Origin: a virus | Taxonomy: Duplodnaviria > Heunggongvirae > Uroviricota > Caudoviricetes | Length of the DNA stretch: 60,814 nucleotides | Virus record (IMG/VR): IMGVR_UViG_3300037418_000950 | Reading direction: 5' to 3' (one strand) | Shown here: positions 51,259-60,814 of the stretch, in pieces | How the letters are laid out: each line of letters begins with the position of its first letter | How positions within the stretch are numbered: position 1 is the first letter of the stretch | Made by a program: the position numbers and the translations under genes | Notes under the pieces: generated by a model | The model's input: only the letters and a program-made list of their open reading frames with translations | Database searches by the model: none | What the model was told of the DNA's origin: nothing

Positions 51259-54017
51259 TATGCACTCACAGCCACGGCGCGAATATCATCGATCTTAGGA
51301 ACTAAGATATCGTTGTTGGATAGGAACACGATCTTAAACTGCATAGTGTCGTAGGTCTCTACCTTGCTTTCGTCATCGGTGAAGTAAGCCATGACGTTGG
51401 CTTCCATGACTGCGTTGAAGGCTTGTTTCGGGAAGTCCACCTTGGCGATTTGCAACCCTACCCCAACCACACCGAGGTTCGCCGTAGGAGCCTGGAGAGT
51501 CAGGAAGGTGTTGTTGGTGACGTTGTTGACCACACCGACGAAGAAGCTATTTTGACTGAACAACGGATTGGTTATAACAACCAAGTCGCCATTCGCCAGA
51601 TCGGTTGTGAACGTCGTACCCGCACCTGCAATTTGTAGGTTTGAGGAGTCGGTAACTGTGACCGAACCGCTGATAACGTGGTTGTTTGGGCAATTGCTGA
51701 AGTTATAAGTCAACTCAACATAATCGGTGTCGTCAATCGCAGACGAATAGACGCCGATGCCGTCAACCTGTTCAAGTAGTGTCCAATCCTTATCATCGAA
51801 GGCATCATTATCCTTCGAGGTGTTTTGCACACGCGCATAGACTTTCAAGTCGGTGCCCGCTGGACGATATGCCGTCACATAGAACAGAAGGTCTTCGGCA
51901 AACTGATCCGTGTTGAGATTGACCTTGGTCGTAACGTGCTTGGCGTAGGCATTGCCGTAGTTGGTGTTCTCAAGCGTATAGTCATTGTTGATGACATACT
52001 TTGAGTAGTGCGAACGGGCAATTTCAGGTTCGATGAACGGACACATGTAGTCATTGTTGGACGATACGTCGAACAAATACACCGCCGCGTTCGAATAACT
52101 CTTGCCGATGACTGCCGAGTTGGCGATTGCCCCGTTGGCAAAAACTGTGACCATTTGATTGGAACGGGAAGGCATACATGTGGCCACCACATCATCATCA
52201 CCAATCGCCGTGGCCTTGAAGATTTTCACAGGAATGTCGGTGACCGAGGGGTTCTCATAAACGAGCGTCGCCCGTCCCGAGGCATTGTTGGCATCGGGCG
52301 TCGAGTAGAACAACCCGCGATGTGTGACTGTAAAGGCTGTGCCGAGTGGATTGTTGACTGTGATTTCAGGCTTGATACGGCTGGCCAACAGATCTGTGCA
52401 GACGACATTGGCAAAAACCACGGAAGGTTCTTGGTCGCAATATAGGTATGAGCCAATTGTGAAACTGATATTTGCGCCTGTACCCGACGATGACCCACCA
52501 GTCGAGTTTGCATAGACGACATTCGCGCCAACGAGTCGGGTAGGATACGTGAAACCGCAGCCTGCATTGGCGACGAAGGTGTTGGTGATGCCGCCTGTTG
52601 AGTTCGTTGTCAGAAGAAGCTTGGCCGCGAAGCCGCCCTTGATGGTTGTCGTGCTTTCGAAACCTGTGATGGTGACCGTATCACCATTGGAATAACCCGA
52701 GCCACCTGCATTGATTGTGGTGCCCGTGATATAGTTATTGACAAATCGCAGTGTCGAGTTGGCATTAGACCGAGTCAGAACAAGGATGTTTTGATCTTGG
52801 CCTTGAATATAGGTGTCCGACAAACCTGCCAAACGTCCAACGGGAGCCTTATAGAATTTCGCGACAGCATTGGCGACAGACGGCGGATGGTCTATAATGA
52901 CTTGGGTATTGGATTGAACACCCACGACTTGGCGCACGTCCACAAATGCGCCGTGATCGATGACGATGTATTCGGGTTGCCCAAGTTGATAGATGGTATG
53001 GAAGCCGTTGGCGTTATTGAACGTCGTCGAATTGGAAAACGTGTAATTTCCATTGGCCGTCACCAGCAATGATGACGTGTTACAACTAATGGTGATCGGC
53101 GTCTTTTGGGATGCAGGGTAATACGGCTGTGGTTGATAGACCAAATCACCCGCAACAATGCGGCTGAATGTCGAGTGAACCACGTCGATTTGGAAATATT
53201 CTTGGGTCTCGGCTGGAGCTGTGATTTGAACCACATTTCCCGCAAGCTTGACAGGCGGGAAGTCGTCCTGGAAACGGTTGGCAAAACGCGGGTCAGCCTG
53301 GATCGAACTGTTGGACGAAACAGGAAACCCACTGTGGAAGTAGCGGGCGACATAGACATTAAACTTCAAATCAACATCGGAAATCGGTTTCCAGTTGGCG
53401 CTTAGGTAAGAACCATCGGGAGTCAGTGTTGGTAGGTTGGCGTTGGTGTTTGTTGAAGTTGTGGCGTTGGTATTGGCGCTTGCCGTTGGCGTCGTGACGT
53501 TGATGTTGACGTTTGGCGGCCCAACATAATCGAATAGATTGCCGACATACTTCGATGACGCACCTGGAGACTTGGTCGTGGTGCCGATCAAGTTATCGTT
53601 TTGACGCGAATACCAAAGCACAAAGTCTTCGGTGCCGTCATACTTGATGGCAATGCCATACTCAAAACCTGTGAGAAGTTGCACAGGATTGTTGAACTTG
53701 AAAATAGTTTCCACCGAGGCGTCGGAAGTCGCGGTGATTTGCCCGTATTCCAGACGTGCGATTTCAAAGCGCGGCGAGAAACGCGCGCCATGTTCGGTCG
53801 GTTCGGGCGGGCGGATGGTGCCCTGTTGTTGAATTTGAGGAATGCCTTGCACGCACGGAACAAGCGATACCTCCACACCAGGATTGACGATGCCAGATTT
53901 GTTATTGATGGCATTCGGTTTGGCGCGGAAGTATAGACCAATCTGCGTTATGCTCGCTTCAGAAGCACTTTTGACAGCGGCTGGATCAAGGAAAAATGTT
54001 TGTATATATTTGAACAA
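51258..54017 (-). CDS. Large baseplate/tail structural protein (resembles C-terminal half of VrlC-type proteins)
   Basis: IQTFFL...ITQIGLYFRAKP...TIFKFNNPVQL...EYGIAI; HVTTKVNL...DLKVYARV...FKIVFLSNN...PKIDDIRAVAV. Confidence 0.75.
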   Translation of the reverse strand: MFKYIQTFFLDPAAVKSASEASITQIGLYFRAKPNAINNKSGIVNPGVEVSLVPCVQGIPQIQQQGTIRPPEPTEHGARFSPRFEIARLEYGQITATSDASVETIFKFNNPVQLLTGFEYGIAIKYDGTEDFVLWYSRQNDNLIGTTTKSPGASSKYVGNLFDYVGPPNVNINVTTPTASANTNATTSTNTNANLPTLTPDGSYLSANWKPISDVDLKFNVYVARYFHSGFPVSSNSSIQADPRFANRFQDDFPPVKLAGNVVQITAPAETQEYFQIDVVHSTFSRIVAGDLVYQPQPYYPASQKTPITISCNTSSLLVTANGNYTFSNSTTFNNANGFHTIYQLGQPEYIVIDHGAFVDVRQVVGVQSNTQVIIDHPPSVANAVAKFYKAPVGRLAGLSDTYIQGQDQNILVLTRSNANSTLRFVNNYITGTTINAGGSGYSNGDTVTITGFESTTTIKGGFAAKLLLTTNSTGGITNTFVANAGCGFTYPTRLVGANVVYANSTGGSSSGTGANISFTIGSYLYCDQEPSVVFANVVCTDLLASRIKPEITVNNPLGTAFTVTHRGLFYSTPDANNASGRATLVYENPSVTDIPVKIFKATAIGDDDVVATCMPSRSNQMVTVFANGAIANSAVIGKSYSNAAVYLFDVSSNNDYMCPFIEPEIARSHYSKYVINNDYTLENTNYGNAYAKHVTTKVNLNTDQFAEDLLFYVTAYRPAGTDLKVYARVQNTSKDNDAFDDKDWTLLEQVDGIGVYSSAIDDTDYVELTYNFSNCPNNHVISGSVTVTDSSNLQIAGAGTTFTTDLANGDLVVITNPLFSQNSFFVGVVNNVTNNTFLTLQAPTANLGVVGVGLQIAKVDFPKQAFNAVMEANVMAYFTDDESKVETYDTMQFKIVFLSNNDILVPKIDDIRAVAVSA

Positions 54018-54020
54018 AAA

Positions 54021-54215
54021 TTAGGTAGCCTTTTTTATGCTTTGCAGATATTCGTCGTATGCTTTCTTTGAAACGGGGAGTCCGTTGACCATGTAGCAGT
54101 CGGCTCGAAAGGAAGTCGCAATGTCTTTTTTAGACACTTGCTTATGAACTTCAGCCTTCAAGTCAAAAACATCCCCCCACTTCTCAAGTAGTTCTTTGCG
54201 TTTGGTATCATTCAT
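54021..54215 (-). CDS. 64-aa hypothetical protein
   Basis: ORF between endonuclease and 919-aa gene; late promoter at 54234-54240. Confidence 0.55.
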   Translation of the reverse strand: MNDTKRKELLEKWGDVFDLKAEVHKQVSKKDIATSFRADCYMVNGLPVSKKAYDEYLQSIKKAT

Positions 54216-54759
54216 ATTTTAAGTGCTTTCGTCTATTTAGTTCTTTGGCTGCCAATGTGTGTTTCTTTCCATAGAATGGATTTTTCTCACCTCGCGTATC
54301 TCTACTCAAACTCTTTGGGTCTTGTAGAGCACGTTTCGCTTTAATTTTAGCAATGGCTTCGGGAGTGTGTTTTCTTCCCTTATTCCAGTGCGCCCAATTT
54401 AGATCATTCTTTTGACGTTCAGAACATCTTTGGCCTATGGACCTACGACTTTCTGATATCGCTGCCCAATGCCATGCTTTATTATTTGCATTGTAATATT
54501 TTCTCCCCAATTCATGATCTTTAATTTTACGCAACCAAATTGTTTCCCATAATATAAGGTCTTTGTATTCAATACTTTCAAATCGCATCAAAATACGCCG
54601 CTTAAAATCAATAGGTCGTCGGCGGTATGCGTCTCTCATTCTATTTGAGGAACAAATATATCCATCGTTTTCACTTCCGAAATGAGAACCTATGTAATAC
54701 ATTTTTCTCAGGCGATCCCGCCAAATATAGATAAAACCGTTTCGTTTCTGTGCCTTCAA
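54208..54759 (-). mobile_element. Second free-standing GIY-YIG (Seg-like) homing endonuclease with NUMOD3 repeats
   Basis: GFIYIWRD...YYIGSHFG..NDGYICSS; NKGRKHTPEAIAKI; GEKNPFYGKKHT. Confidence 0.85.
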
Positions 54760-54766
54760 TTTAATA

Positions 54767-54796
54767 ACTCCAATATTAACTACTGGAGTTATTTAG
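54767..54796 (-). promoter_or_regulatory. Late promoter CTAAATA plus RBS-sequestering hairpin for the endonuclease
   Basis: CTAAATA (54790-54796) then ACTCCAGTA-GTTAA-TATTGGAGT covering the GGAG SD. Confidence 0.7.
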
Positions 54797-54826
54797 ACAA
54801 CTTCTACAGGGTATCTTGCGAGTGCG

Positions 54827-57800
54827 TTACGGATATCCCGCTGGTGTCGTCGGAATGGTTGAACCAGGGAGACGTTGGGCAATCAGCTTGGTCGCAACCG
54901 AGTTTTGAGCCGAAACTGTGATTGTCGAGTAACCCGAGCTACCCCATGATGTTTGGTTGCGCGCGTTGTAAACCGATTTTGCCCAATCACCGCCTGCGTT
55001 TTGGTCAAACAATGACGGTTGGTTCGCCCATTGAGCTAATGGGTTGAGTGCGGCTTTCTTCGGGTTTTCCTGGGCAATCGCCGCCGCAGTCTTAGGCAGA
55101 TTCATCGGCAGATAGAACGCGATGTACATCTTGCCTGAGGCATCTGTCACAAGCGGTTGCCCGACTTTGTTGATGATGGCGATCAAGGCATCGGAGAAGG
55201 CCACGTCAACACCACTGCCGAGTGCGACACCTGTTGCCCACGGAATGGTTTCACACCATGCCGAGTAGTCAACGCCGTCCAGGTAGAACTTGTGGGCAGT
55301 AAGCGGTTTCAGACCGACGACTTGGAAGGTGATTTCGGCAACCTGGATATGGTTGATCGCGAAACTCTTAGAGCATGACCAGCCCTGGAACGCCTTGGTG
55401 ATGTTGATCGTACCGACGTAAGGCACAATCGCAGGTGCCGCCGTCAAGTTAGTGATGACATTGGTGATCACGCACGGATCAACAGTTGTTGCCGTCGTTG
55501 CGGGGTTAGTCAAAGGATATTCGACAAGGTACTGCCATGAGTCTGCCGCCGACGATTGCGCCGTGACTGTGTAAGTCTGTCCGCGCGAGGCGTCATGAAC
55601 GAATTGTAGCTTACCCACCTTATTGACGTAATCGCCGTTGCGGGTAAAGTTGGTTATTGTTGCTGGCAGTTGGAAGCCCGTCTTGTTGCCTGATTGACCA
55701 AGATAGGCTTGATCAGCCTGAGTCAAATTGGTGACAAGGTTGGCGCTGGCGTTTGTCGAAGCAATCAGCGTGTTGCCGAGATAGACCGAATACTTCGTAA
55801 AGTTCGGACCATTGTTGAAGTAGACCGTGGCCGTACCCGACTTCGCACCGAACGTAACTATAGCAGGTTCAGGCTTTTGTTGGTTCGGATTGCTGAAGTT
55901 ATTGAAGGCCGCCGTGAAGTAGCCATTCGTCGCCGCGACCACAACATTGACGGTCTTCGGCACGCATTCAACATTCGAACTTGAATTGGTCGCGTAGGTT
56001 TGCGAGATAATAGACTCGTCAACATAGGCGAGGTTATCCAACACATGGTCCATACTCCACATCATTTTGGGCGGTGTGACGCGGTTGGTTGCCTTTTGAA
56101 CAAGTCCTGTAGGTGACAGAAGCTTGTTGTTCGGGTCAACAACGTCCGAGTTCGCCCAATTTTGTGTAGACAGCGGTGACTTTGAGATACCCCAAGGCTG
56201 TGTGCCTTCAGTTTCGTAAGAGGCCGCATATTGTGGATTGGTGATATCACCATAGTTCATTGTCGAGAAATCATCAGCAAAGAAACCGAATTTGAAACGG
56301 TTCAGTGTGCCATCGATTGACGACGGAATGATCTTGTTGGTGATCGAGGTTTCAAGAATGGACAGTGATTGGTAGTATTCCAAGTCCTTAATACGACGTT
56401 CAAGGTTTGCAATGTCTTCGTTGGTGTAGACCATCGGTTGCGACAACTGGAATTCGTAAGACGACAGAATAGGCGCAATCAGATGCGCCCCTGCCCGCAA
56501 GCCCGCGAAGCGTTCATTGGCAATGCCCGACGCCAGGATATCCATGATGTTCTTTGACAGCGTATTGGTGATGTTCGGATACGCTGGAACATTGATGGTT
56601 TGAAGAAGGAGTGTTTCCTTAGGATGGTTGGCGGGGAAACGCTTGCGCGGATCAACATCAGCCACACCCTTAAGCACATAAATTTCGCCCGTATCGCCTG
56701 CGATGAACACGCTATCCACGCGACCGAGATATTGGGTCATGGTTGTGGTCATCGTGGCATCAGGCAACGGGAACTTTTTATCGTTCGACGGCGATGCTGT
56801 GTTGCCAAAGCTCAAGACATAAGCGGGATTGACGGGAGCCGTGGTAGGATCGCTGGTTGGCGTCACTGTGTTGGCGACGGCAGGACGGAAGTCAACTGCC
56901 TTCAGCAAATCCCAATAGACACCCGCCTTCGTATAGACTTCGGGAACTTCGTATGAAGTCACGGCCGAACCGAGGTTGGCAAATGGCGTTGCGTCTACCG
57001 TGGCGATTTGTGCCGAATTTGAGGTTCCAAGGTAGGAAACTGTATCGAAATATCCATCATCGGCGCGCGTAAGATAATCAAACTCCACCAGCAAATAGTC
57101 AGTGTTGCTTAGGGATGTTTGTTTACGCGGGTTCATCATCAGGTATGAAAGATCAAGATAATCTTCATTCTGATTGGTATCGATGTAGAAGCTCGATGAA
57201 ATGTTAGTGGAGCTTGTGTTGACCGTCGAATTGCCGAGAAACACGCCGCGCATTCTGAGAACATCAGAGACACCAAGGCACCATGGGCCTGCAACACCAC
57301 CTGCATTGTTAGCCAAGCAAATCTTGACGAACTGTGTGCGGTTGGCGGTCTTCGACGTTGAATTGACGTTGGTGCGCTTGATGTTGACGCCCACGGCAGT
57401 GTTGGTTGACGTGGCGCCCGCCAGCGTTAAGGCGACCCCATTGGCATGAGCCAAAGTCAGCTTCAGGACGTTATTGTTGGCGTCCACATTGGCGGATAGG
57501 CCCGCCCGCACCCCGAACGGAATCGGCACGTATTGAGGGAAGACGCGCTTAAAGTTACAGGATGTGTTGGCGAACGACAGGTTGCTATCAACCACGATGC
57601 GGGTTGAGTTGACAATCTGCACAACCTTTTTGATGGTGTTGGCAGTGGCGTTGGCAAAGATGTTGACCCAATCGCCTACGGCCAAGGCACTAAAGAAATC
57701 GGTGCCCGAACCATCAACATTGGCGCTTGTGGAACTAACCGAGACCGTGCCTTCGATATTTGAGTATTGATATAGGGTGTTGGCAATCGGAACGACATAC

Positions 57801-59947
57801 AAATCCTTCATCTGACCAGATGATAGGTTGCCAGCATAGGGGAAGAATTCGTTGGGATTGGCCGCAATCGACTTAGTCAGAATACCGTTGTTGCCAAAGT
57901 TGGTTGTTTGGTCAATGGTGCGGTAAGTGTAAGTTGAGTTCGCCGTAGACTTGACGGATTCGGCACCCGCTGGAAAAATCAGACCGACAATGTTCGTGTC
58001 ACCCAAAACCGCGACATTACCAGCGTTGGTTTGGGTTGGAATTACGTCAGCAATACCCTTGGCCAGCGAACCATTGTAGTAGATCGATTGAACGTTGCTG
58101 AACGAACGGCCCGCATTCATGTTGATGTTGAACAGATACAAGCGGTAGGTTGCGGCGGGATCACCAGGAATACCGTTTTCGAGGACCATCGAACGGATGC
58201 GCGCGGACCCAAGCTTGGTGCCTTGCGGAGTTGTGTTGCTTGTGGCCACCAAATCAGCATTGGACAGGAAGTTCTTAGGTGACGAATATAGATCGATGCT
58301 ATCACCCGTCGAGAACTGGAATACACCCGCACAGTCATTGACGCGAATGTAGTTGCCGAGATTTAGACTGATGGTGTTGTTTGAGGTTTGAGTATCAAGC
58401 CCCTTGTCCACATCGATGTAATAGTTCGACAGGGTTTGGATTGGATAGCCCGAGATATAGGCTTGCCCAGGGTCCACAACCGCCGTGTAGAACAGGGAGT
58501 CGTTGTTTGAATTGGCTGTGTATGTGGTTGCGACTTGGAACGTATCGACGACGAAGTTGCCACTTTGGTCGAACGTTCTTTGAGCCATTTGGTCACCCAA
58601 ATCGCTGTATTGAGTATTTTTATTTTGACGGAACGGATTGCCTTCTGACCATTCAACCAGGATGTTGAAGTCAGTATTGGCGCGGGCGACTTCCGAGGCC
58701 AGAAGCGTTAGCTTCGGCGTCATCTTTAGGCGGTCGGCACCAGGGGCAGTGTAATTCTTGGTTGTGAGGGCATTGTCGAATAGGGTGTCGTCTTCGTTGG
58801 CGTTGACAATCGTTTCGACCGTTGAGAAGCCAACCACGACGTTATTTGGACTTTGGCTATACTTATCGACAATGATAGTCTGACCAGTCACACGAAGCAT
58901 GTAACCGTTTTGGTAGATAATACCGTCACCGATTTGGAAGGCATAGCCCGAGCCTGCCGCGTTGGCCACGGCCGCCACCTTGAACTTGATGTAGTAGTTT
59001 TGGGCGACAAGGTTGAGGGAGTTGATGCCTGTTAGGTTATTAACTGAACGAACCGAAACGGTCGGCGGATACAGATAGCCGTTACCGCGATCAAAGACGG
59101 GAGCCGACGTGATTTTACCGATACCGTTGGTGATGATGCCCGCTTCAAGTCCCGTACCAAACGATTGGACAACGAAGCCTGAAATCGAGTTGGACGGGTT
59201 GGAAATGGAATCGAGAGCATTGATTGTCCAGGCCGCCGAATTGACGGAACCGTTTGCCAAGTCGGCATTGCGAGGCGCAAGAGTCAACAGAACCTGATTG
59301 GCCGAGGCATAGGTTGTATAGTCGGCAGTCAGAACCTTGACGTTGGCATCACCTTGCGTGATGTAGTCGTTATTGGCAATCGTGCCCGTATCGAGAGACA
59401 CCAGGATCGCGGGTAAGACGACGACAGTATCATTGTTGGAAAAGCCCGAGGAACCCGCAACGATATCGATATCGAAGACGGCGTTTTGGGCATCATAGGC
59501 GGTCAACGTATCATCGGCGGCATAGGTCGTCATTGCGCCTGTGTTGCCTGAGTTGGTGTACGCCAGATACAGTGTCTTAAGGTCGGGGTTGGTAGCTTCG
59601 AAACCGTCTTCCGAGTTAATGACAAACGCCTGAAGGTTGGCGGAACTGACAAGTTTCAGACCGACAAGCAATGACGGATCGATGGTTAGACCATTAACAT
59701 CCGAGTCCAGAATTTTGATATAAGGATAGTCGTTATGGAATGTGAAGTTACAGCCATTGATGATTGTGCCGCGCTTGAAAATGTTGTCGGCAAATCGTTC
59801 AATCTGTGTTTGGGTTAAATCTTGTAGCTGGTTAAGCTCACGAACCTGAACGGATTGTCCAGGTCGCCAGATCATACGATAGAAATCCTTGGCAGGATCA
59901 TAATCGTCAAAGTAAGGGCTTACATTGAGGTTTGTGCTTAACGGCAA
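54827..59947 (-). CDS. Very large virion structural protein (VrlC/DUF4815-type)
   Basis: TNLNVSPYFDDYD..KDFYR..WRPG.SVQVRELNQLQ; IANLERRIKDLEYYQSLSILE; RFKFGFFADDF. Confidence 0.85.
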   Translation of the reverse strand: MPLSTNLNVSPYFDDYDPAKDFYRMIWRPGQSVQVRELNQLQDLTQTQIERFADNIFKRGTIINGCNFTFHNDYPYIKILDSDVNGLTIDPSLLVGLKLVSSANLQAFVINSEDGFEATNPDLKTLYLAYTNSGNTGAMTTYAADDTLTAYDAQNAVFDIDIVAGSSGFSNNDTVVVLPAILVSLDTGTIANNDYITQGDANVKVLTADYTTYASANQVLLTLAPRNADLANGSVNSAAWTINALDSISNPSNSISGFVVQSFGTGLEAGIITNGIGKITSAPVFDRGNGYLYPPTVSVRSVNNLTGINSLNLVAQNYYIKFKVAAVANAAGSGYAFQIGDGIIYQNGYMLRVTGQTIIVDKYSQSPNNVVVGFSTVETIVNANEDDTLFDNALTTKNYTAPGADRLKMTPKLTLLASEVARANTDFNILVEWSEGNPFRQNKNTQYSDLGDQMAQRTFDQSGNFVVDTFQVATTYTANSNNDSLFYTAVVDPGQAYISGYPIQTLSNYYIDVDKGLDTQTSNNTISLNLGNYIRVNDCAGVFQFSTGDSIDLYSSPKNFLSNADLVATSNTTPQGTKLGSARIRSMVLENGIPGDPAATYRLYLFNINMNAGRSFSNVQSIYYNGSLAKGIADVIPTQTNAGNVAVLGDTNIVGLIFPAGAESVKSTANSTYTYRTIDQTTNFGNNGILTKSIAANPNEFFPYAGNLSSGQMKDLYVVPIANTLYQYSNIEGTVSVSSTSANVDGSGTDFFSALAVGDWVNIFANATANTIKKVVQIVNSTRIVVDSNLSFANTSCNFKRVFPQYVPIPFGVRAGLSANVDANNNVLKLTLAHANGVALTLAGATSTNTAVGVNIKRTNVNSTSKTANRTQFVKICLANNAGGVAGPWCLGVSDVLRMRGVFLGNSTVNTSSTNISSSFYIDTNQNEDYLDLSYLMMNPRKQTSLSNTDYLLVEFDYLTRADDGYFDTVSYLGTSNSAQIATVDATPFANLGSAVTSYEVPEVYTKAGVYWDLLKAVDFRPAVANTVTPTSDPTTAPVNPAYVLSFGNTASPSNDKKFPLPDATMTTTMTQYLGRVDSVFIAGDTGEIYVLKGVADVDPRKRFPANHPKETLLLQTINVPAYPNITNTLSKNIMDILASGIANERFAGLRAGAHLIAPILSSYEFQLSQPMVYTNEDIANLERRIKDLEYYQSLSILETSITNKIIPSSIDGTLNRFKFGFFADDFSTMNYGDITNPQYAASYETEGTQPWGISKSPLSTQNWANSDVVDPNNKLLSPTGLVQKATNRVTPPKMMWSMDHVLDNLAYVDESIISQTYATNSSSNVECVPKTVNVVVAATNGYFTAAFNNFSNPNQQKPEPAIVTFGAKSGTATVYFNNGPNFTKYSVYLGNTLIASTNASANLVTNLTQADQAYLGQSGNKTGFQLPATITNFTRNGDYVNKVGKLQFVHDASRGQTYTVTAQSSAADSWQYLVEYPLTNPATTATTVDPCVITNVITNLTAAPAIVPYVGTINITKAFQGWSCSKSFAINHIQVAEITFQVVGLKPLTAHKFYLDGVDYSAWCETIPWATGVALGSGVDVAFSDALIAIINKVGQPLVTDASGKMYIAFYLPMNLPKTAAAIAQENPKKAALNPLAQWANQPSLFDQNAGGDWAKSVYNARNQTSWGSSGYSTITVSAQNSVATKLIAQRLPGSTIPTTPAGYP

Positions 59948-59959
59948 AAAAGTGTATCC

Positions 59960-60814
59960 TTAGAAATCGAATATAATTTGTAGGGTTTCGCTGGTGTTGG
60001 CGCTTCGGGTAACTCTATCGATGTTTTCAATGAAGATCACTTCACCAGAATTAAACTCGATTTCAGGTCCATAGCGGGCTGACACCAAAAACGAGGCGGC
60101 AGAGTTTGCACCCGTGATAGTATCGCCACTATTTATGATGCCTATTTGGTTTGAAACATACATGGCGGTCTCGGTATTGGAGACGACAACCGAATGCAGC
60201 AACGCGGTAGCCCCGTGAGTCGTGGTGACAGTTTCGTTTTCATCGAAGCTTCCACTCTCAACAGTTCCTGAATATTTCTGTAATCCAATAAACGTATTGA
60301 AGCCTTTGGAAATACCGCTGCGTTGAACGTCGGTGACCGACATTTTAGCGCCTGAGTTGGTGCCGATGACCAAATCATCGGTTGCAAAAATGCCGTAGAC
60401 GTTGGCCAGTTGGATCGCCACGCCGTTGGTGAAGTAGCAGGTTCCATAGGCAGTCGGATTGGCGAAGTAGACGGTCGCCGCAGTGCTATCGAAAAAGCCG
60501 TTGGTTGTGAGTTGAATCGTTGTTGAGTTCACCACACTGTTGACGGTCGCCAACTGGAAACCAGTGACGTTATCGATGAAAAGTTGATCGCCTTCCTGAA
60601 TGTTATTGTTGTAGGGATCGAGCGCAATCGTGATGGCGTTCGACGTTGTATTAATCGTGGCGTTGGTCGCGATCAAGGATGGCGACACCTTGTAGACGGT
60701 TTCACCTGGAGAGAACGCGCCGACAGAGTTGGCAAGCGACAGCGACACGTTGGCGAATAGAGGGTCCTTAAGAATTCCAAGTTGACGGAAGCCATTGTTG
60801 GCCAGAATGGTGTC
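59960..60814 (-). CDS. 8: Baseplate wedge subunit gp8, C-terminal part (start outside window)
   Basis: Frame open to window edge; FRQLGILKDP and EIEFNSGEVIFIENIDRVTRS...ETLQIIFDF motifs. Confidence 0.85.
   Translation of the reverse strand, partial: DTILANNGFRQLGILKDPLFANVSLSLANSVGAFSPGETVYKVSPSLIATNATINTTSNAITIALDPYNNNIQEGDQLFIDNVTGFQLATVNSVVNSTTIQLTTNGFFDSTAATVYFANPTAYGTCYFTNGVAIQLANVYGIFATDDLVIGTNSGAKMSVTDVQRSGISKGFNTFIGLQKYSGTVESGSFDENETVTTTHGATALLHSVVVSNTETAMYVSNQIGIINSGDTITGANSAASFLVSARYGPEIEFNSGEVIFIENIDRVTRSANTSETLQIIFDF

Noticed and set aside
54018-54826. Group I intron joining the 1706-aa and 919-aa ORFs
   Set aside because: The interval is almost fully coding, and no conserved P/Q/R/S core elements were recognisable
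212-60447. Numerous plus-strand and alternate-frame ORFs in the six-frame track
   Set aside because: They are shadows of recognisable minus-strand genes, with no family motifs or RBS context
1-60814. Genome-wide TAG reassignment (genetic code 15)
   Set aside because: Core genes translate to full length in code 11 without internal TAG interruptions

Overview
A 60.8-kb segment of a T4-superfamily (T4-like myovirus) phage genome, with every credible gene on the minus strand. In transcription order (right to left) it holds: baseplate and tail-fibre genes (partial gp8, large VrlC/DUF4815-type proteins, Gly-rich and Asn/Val-rich fibre proteins); neck, tail, packaging and head genes (gp13-gp23, gp3); uvsY and uvsW; a non-coding origin-like element; gp55, gp47, gp46; accessory genes (ATP-grasp, SLOG, peptide deformylase, GT-A-like); gp45, gp44, gp62, regA; a ~11-kb accessory island; and the 5' end of DNA polymerase gp43. 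Two related GIY-YIG homing endonucleases are inserted in the structural region. The island (507-11544) is the most interesting part. It encodes NAD salvage enzymes (NAMPT, NMNAT-Nudix), a macrodomain and an Hsp20 fused to a ~700-aa acidic repeat tail. It also carries RNA genes invisible to the ORF track. A late promoter drives a hairpin whose loop shows the 16S anti-Shine-Dalgarno sequence AUCACCUCCUU. That is followed by an atypical tRNA(CAU), tRNA-Trp, a 109-nt RNA ending in an acceptor-like stem plus CCA, and an amber-suppressor tRNA(CUA) with a compensated U19-A56 elbow pair. A tRNA-Leu(UAA), an ArfA-like mini-protein and a 46-aa mini-protein resembling a portal segment lie at the island's other end. 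Together these suggest a phage translation-control module, which is inference. Family assignments come from motif recognition by eye; no database searches were run.
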